DNA of 64,000 nucleotides from Acutalibacteraceae bacterium (GTDB lineage Bacteria; Bacillota; Clostridia; Oscillospirales; Acutalibacteraceae): NCBI GenBank assembly GCA_045637705.1, contig JAZTZY010000013.1, positions 11,154 to 75,153 of the forward strand, read 5' to 3'. Shown piece by piece: positions 60,395 to 64,000 of this stretch (position 1 is its first letter; each line of letters starts with the position of its first letter). The notes under the pieces were generated by a model. It saw only the letters and a program-made list of their open reading frames with translations, ran no database searches and was not told where the DNA came from. The position numbers and the translations under genes were made by a program.

Positions 60395-60665
60395 GTGGTT
60401 TGGTAAGCCGTAACCGGCAAAAGAGAAAACGGTACACTTTATGTGTGCGAGAACGTTTTGAAACCAACAGTTGCTCCGCCTGATAATGATTTATTCTGTA
60501 TCGGCAGTACATTTCCTGCCTTGCCCGAAAACAGATACCGTAATGATGACATTCAAGTCAAAAGATATCTTTCCGCTTGGATTGTTACTTTACTTAAGTA
60601 TTCGGCCGCCTGATTTGTATGAGCGACTGTAACGAAATTTTAACCTTAGGAGGGTATTACATATT

Positions 60666-61769
60666 ATGAAAAAGATAGTTATTAACGAAAATCAAAAAGG
60701 TTTGCTTTTCAAAAACGGAAGATATTCAAAAATGCTTGACGCGGGTAAGTATCATATTCTTGGTGGCAGCAAGGTTGATATTCTCGATATTAAAGATGCA
60801 ATTGTTTCTGAAAGAGCTTCACTTGAAACACTTCTTAAAGATGAGAAAATCAAAGAAGCTGTATCTGTAGTTGAAGTTAAAGATGAACAGCTTGCACTGC
60901 ATTTTATTGACGGAAAATTTACGGATGTTCTGTCTCAGGGTAAATACGCCTTTTGGAAAATGGAAAACACCCATGAATTTAAAATGGCAGATATTTCTTC
61001 ACCTTATGTTGATAAAGAAATCCCTGATTACATATTCTCTAATATCCCGATAAAATATTATGTAAGAATCAATGTTGTTCAGGACCACAAGGCTCTTCTT
61101 TATTTTAACAATAAGTTTGAGAAGATTCTTGACCCCGGTGTTTACTACTTTTGGAAAAACTCTGTGGATATTGGTGTGAGGTTTATTGACACCCGTCTTA
61201 CACAGATGAATATTACCGGTCAGGAAATTCTGACACACGACAAGGTTGCTCTCAGAATAAACTTTGTTTGCAATTATAAGGTTACAGATTACATAAAAAT
61301 TCACACAGAAATCGACGACTATATTGAACAGATACATATAACATGTCAGCTTGCACTTCGTGAATATGTCAGCAAGCATAAATTTGATGAAATTCTCGAA
61401 AACAAGGAACAGATGACTGCCTTTGTTTTTGAAAGACTTAAATCAAAAGAAAAAGAGCTGTTTGTTGAATTTAAGGATGCAGGTGTTAAGGATGTTATCC
61501 TTCCCGGTGAAATCCGTGACATTATGAATACTGTTCTTATAGCTGAAAAGAAAGCACAGGCTAATGTTATTACACGCCGTGAAGAGGTTGCCTCAACAAG
61601 ATCGCTTCTTAATACTGCAAAACTTATGGATGAAAACAAAACTCTTTACAAGCTTAAGGAGCTTGAATTCCTTGAGCGTATCTGCGAAAATGTTGGTAAT
61701 ATCGAAATCAGCGGTAAAGGCGATGTTCTTACACAACTTGCTGAAATACTGCAGAGTAAAGGCGCATAA
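60666..61769 (+). CDS. SPFH/band-7 (stomatin/prohibitin-like) domain protein with internal duplication
   Basis: N-terminal NQKGLLFKNGRYSKMLDAGKYHI repeated as KALLYFNNKFEKILDPGVYYFW. C-terminal coiled segment typical of band 7 (ILPGEIRDIMNTVLIAEKKAQANVITRREEVAS). No TM helix. Confidence 0.6.
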   Translation: MKKIVINENQKGLLFKNGRYSKMLDAGKYHILGGSKVDILDIKDAIVSERASLETLLKDEKIKEAVSVVEVKDEQLALHFIDGKFTDVLSQGKYAFWKMENTHEFKMADISSPYVDKEIPDYIFSNIPIKYYVRINVVQDHKALLYFNNKFEKILDPGVYYFWKNSVDIGVRFIDTRLTQMNITGQEILTHDKVALRINFVCNYKVTDYIKIHTEIDDYIEQIHITCQLALREYVSKHKFDEILENKEQMTAFVFERLKSKEKELFVEFKDAGVKDVILPGEIRDIMNTVLIAEKKAQANVITRREEVASTRSLLNTAKLMDENKTLYKLKELEFLERICENVGNIEISGKGDVLTQLAEILQSKGA

Positions 61770-61904
61770 CCTTTTTCGGTACTGCTATATGTAAATTTGA
61801 GTTGCGGGTCTGATGAATTATCTCATTCTCGCAACTTTTTTCCGTGAAAAATTCAAGCTTACTTGGTAAAATATAACTGTAAGATAAAAGAGGAGGTAAG
61901 TTCC

Positions 61905-62459
61905 ATGAAAGTAGAGCAGGCATTTTACTTTAAAATTATGCTTATATGCGGATACAGTGATGAACTGTTTGAATACATTGAAAATACTCTGAATGAACAA
62001 ACTTCCTATGAAGAAGTGATTGTTGACCTTGCCTTTTGTGGATATAATGAAAAACAAATGTTGTCTGTTTTAGAATCATACATACGGCGGAAGAAAGAAA
62101 AAGTTGATTTTGATATCGTTGTTGACAAAGCATTCAGCTTTCTTCAGAATAAATATCTTGACAGCGAAACATCACTTGAAGCTTTGGTCAAACTGATGTA
62201 CCGAATAGGCCAACTTTCAGAGTTAAATGAAGAGCATACAGAACCTTGGTTTACGATGACAATTTTTGGTGAATTTTATGAAGATGCAGAAAAAGGATAC
62301 ATAGATAAGGATGAATACCTTGAGTATTTGAAATCATTTATATTTGAAAGAAAATACTATAATGAGTTTCAGTTTTATAAACCTGTAATACAACAATCAA
62401 AAATTAAAATATATTTACAAAATCTGATAAACAAAATAAAATTATGGAAAGGAAGATAA
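61905..62459 (+). CDS. Acidic cytoplasmic protein of unknown function, translationally coupled to rtcB
   Basis: AGGAGG RBS, 184 aa. Its stop lies 3 nt before the rtcB ATG. Confidence 0.5.
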   Translation: MKVEQAFYFKIMLICGYSDELFEYIENTLNEQTSYEEVIVDLAFCGYNEKQMLSVLESYIRRKKEKVDFDIVVDKAFSFLQNKYLDSETSLEALVKLMYRIGQLSELNEEHTEPWFTMTIFGEFYEDAEKGYIDKDEYLEYLKSFIFERKYYNEFQFYKPVIQQSKIKIYLQNLINKIKLWKGR

Positions 62460-62461
62460 CT

Positions 62462-63682
62462 ATGTTAGAAATCAGCGGAAAGTTTTGTACCGCAAAGGTT
62501 TTTATTGATACAGTTGAAGATACCGCCAAGGAGCAGATTAAAACACTCTGCGACCAGAGCTTTGCCGAAGGGTGTAAAATCCGCATTATGCCTGACGTTC
62601 ACGCAGGTGCAGGCTGTGTAATCGGCTTTACAGCTAACCTTGGAGCAAGGGTTATTCCTAACATTGTCGGTGTTGACATCGGATGTGGTATGCTTACGGT
62701 TGACCTTGGTTTTAACGATGTGGATTTTGAAAAGCTCGACCGAATCATAAGAGATAAAATCCCTTCAGGTATGGAGGTTCAGCCTGGCAGACTTATCCGT
62801 TTGCCCGAAATACAAAATCTTCATTGCTACAGAGAGCTTAAGGATGCCAAAAGACTTGAGAGAAGCGTAGGCTCACTTGGTGGCGGTAATCATTTCATTG
62901 AGATTGATGTTGACGACGAGGGAAGAAGATACCTTGTTATTCACTCAGGCAGCCGTAATTTAGGAAAGCAGGTTGCTGATATTTATCAGAAAATGGCTAT
63001 TGAGATTCACCGTGGTATTGAGGAATACTGGGCAGAGCGTGACAGAGTAATTACCGAATACAAGGCTCAGGGCAGAAGAAAAGAAATAGAATCAACCTTA
63101 AAGGAAATGAAGAAAGCCTTTCAGTTAAAGGTTACAGAAGTTCCTGAAGAGCTTTGCTACCTTGAGGGCAAATACCGTGATATGTATCTTCACGATATGC
63201 AGTTCTGTCAGCAGTTTGCTCACCTTAACCGTTTCATGATGGCTAAGCTTATACTTAACAATCTTTTCGGTAAAGAGGTTGAGGATTTCGAGCATTTTGA
63301 GACAGTGCACAATTATATTGATATGGAATCAAACATAATCCGTAAGGGTGCAGTATCTGCTAAGAACGGTGAAAAGCTTCTTATCCCTATCAATATGCGT
63401 GACGGAAGCCTTATTTGTGTCGGCAAGGGCAATGAGGACTGGAACTGTTCGGCTCCTCACGGTGCAGGTAGACTTTTCAGTAGAAATACTGCAAAGGATA
63501 AGTTTACCGTTGAGGAGTTTCAGAAGAGCATGGAAGGAATTTTCAGCACTTGCATCAGTGACAGAACTCTTGACGAAAGTCCTATGGCATATAAGAATAT
63601 GGACGATATAGTTAACAATATTACTTCTACGGCAGATATTGTTAAGGTTATTAAGCCTGTGTATAATTTCAAGGCGGAATAA
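62462..63682 (+). CDS. rtcB: RNA 3'-phosphate/5'-OH ligase RtcB
   Basis: MPDVHAGAGCVIGF, GGGNHFIEI and APHGAGR metal/GTP-binding motifs. About 406 aa. Confidence 0.9.
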   Translation: MLEISGKFCTAKVFIDTVEDTAKEQIKTLCDQSFAEGCKIRIMPDVHAGAGCVIGFTANLGARVIPNIVGVDIGCGMLTVDLGFNDVDFEKLDRIIRDKIPSGMEVQPGRLIRLPEIQNLHCYRELKDAKRLERSVGSLGGGNHFIEIDVDDEGRRYLVIHSGSRNLGKQVADIYQKMAIEIHRGIEEYWAERDRVITEYKAQGRRKEIESTLKEMKKAFQLKVTEVPEELCYLEGKYRDMYLHDMQFCQQFAHLNRFMMAKLILNNLFGKEVEDFEHFETVHNYIDMESNIIRKGAVSAKNGEKLLIPINMRDGSLICVGKGNEDWNCSAPHGAGRLFSRNTAKDKFTVEEFQKSMEGIFSTCISDRTLDESPMAYKNMDDIVNNITSTADIVKVIKPVYNFKAE

Positions 63683-63742
63683 AGTGAATGACATCTCAAA
63701 TCTGAACCAATGCGGTTAGATGGAGATGTCTTTTGTTTTTTA
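63683..63742 (+). repeat. Terminator-like hairpin, copy 2 of the approximately 55-nt direct repeat
   Basis: gtgaatgacatctcaaatctgaaccaatgcggttagatggagatgtcttttgtttttt. Abuts the rtcB stop exactly as copy 1 abuts tRNA-Cys. Confidence 0.7.
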
Positions 63743-64000
63743 TAGCCCAGGAAAGAAAATGTATTTTGTCTAATTATTATAACAGAAGAGTGCCTTAGTA
63801 GCTGATTTGGTTTATTATTGGTGAAACGTAATAATCATTAACAGAGAAAATTATAGTTGATTGCTATTATTCTTGATATATAAAACAAGACTTATTGAAC
63901 AAATGACAAGTCGTGTTTTTGGTTATTATAAACAAACTTAAAAATATGACGAAAAAAATCGAAAAATGTTTGTTACTTTTTGACTGTTTGATAACTATAT

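Noticed and set aside
60300-60512. 70-aa minus-strand ORF (contains RDSNPR)
   Set aside because: It is a translation of the reverse complement of the tRNA-like T-arm (TTCGAATCCCG), with no RBS. The region is better explained as structured RNA.
56367-63742. Island delimited by an integrase-generated att duplication of the tRNA-Cys 3' end
   Set aside because: The duplicated sequence starts after the CCA and does not include tRNA-internal sequence, and no tyrosine/serine recombinase gene is present. It is therefore reported only as a terminator-like direct repeat with an island hypothesis, not as attL/attR.

Overview
The window is a 64-kb chromosomal segment from a low-GC, spore-forming Firmicute (Clostridia-like, given spmA/spmB, ricT/yaaT and a clostridial 2x[4Fe-4S] ferredoxin; codon usage is AT-rich). 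No database search was possible, so every call rests on reading the sequence and the six-frame ORF track. Most genes are housekeeping, listed in window order:
- uvrC 3' end and an XRE regulator.
- The str operon: rpsL, rpsG, fusA, tuf.
- lepA, hemW, and a patatin-like lipase overlapping a B12-binding radical-SAM (DUF4080-type) gene.
- spmA/spmB and a large secreted SH3b/Big_2/Fn3 protein.
- A minus-strand GPH transporter and a long-chain acyl-CoA ligase.
- A minus-strand glycan-utilisation operon: GH51 arabinofuranosidase, a clan GH-A hydrolase, a conserved hypothetical and a flavin reductase, with a divergent NahK-like kinase and a MerR regulator.
- ricT, holB, ferredoxin, tmcAL, mtaB, dacB-like, pgi, rnhB, yraN, a dipeptidase, thrC, tig, clpP, clpX, secG, holA, rnmV and ispF.
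- A tRNA Val-Asp-Gly-Cys operon.

Four unusual things stand out:
1. An approximately 7.3-kb accessory segment (56367-63742) sits directly after tRNA-Cys and is bounded by two copies of one approximately 55-nt terminator-like repeat. It carries an IS3/IS481-type transposase, two translationally coupled WYL-WCX proteins (PafB/PafC-like), a 540-bp non-coding region with a tRNA-like element (two T-arm consensus motifs, an anticodon-arm-like hairpin, 3' GCCA), an SPFH/band-7 protein, an unknown acidic protein and the RNA ligase RtcB. This looks like a WYL-regulated RNA-repair module with a candidate tRNA-mimic ncRNA.
2. Seven copies of a GC-rich, 85-105-nt element (an outer 9-13-bp stem enclosing three short hairpins) lie immediately 3' of genes.
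3. Two tandem, paralogous small-peptide genes (29 and 33 aa, Trp-rich, acidic, amphipathic) have near-identical promoters and 5' leaders. Each is followed by a TTTAAACAATTGTTTAAA-type palindrome and a terminator. They sit beside a Cys-rich secreted protein whose C-terminus carries the same W-x3-W helix motif.
4. Minor oddities: a GAATTAT heptamer tandem repeat overlapping the dipeptidase stop codon; a recurring motif TCGCAACTTTTTT(T)CCGTGAAAAA upstream of two modules in the accessory segment; and an HxxxDG acyltransferase plus zinc-ribbon pair next to holB.
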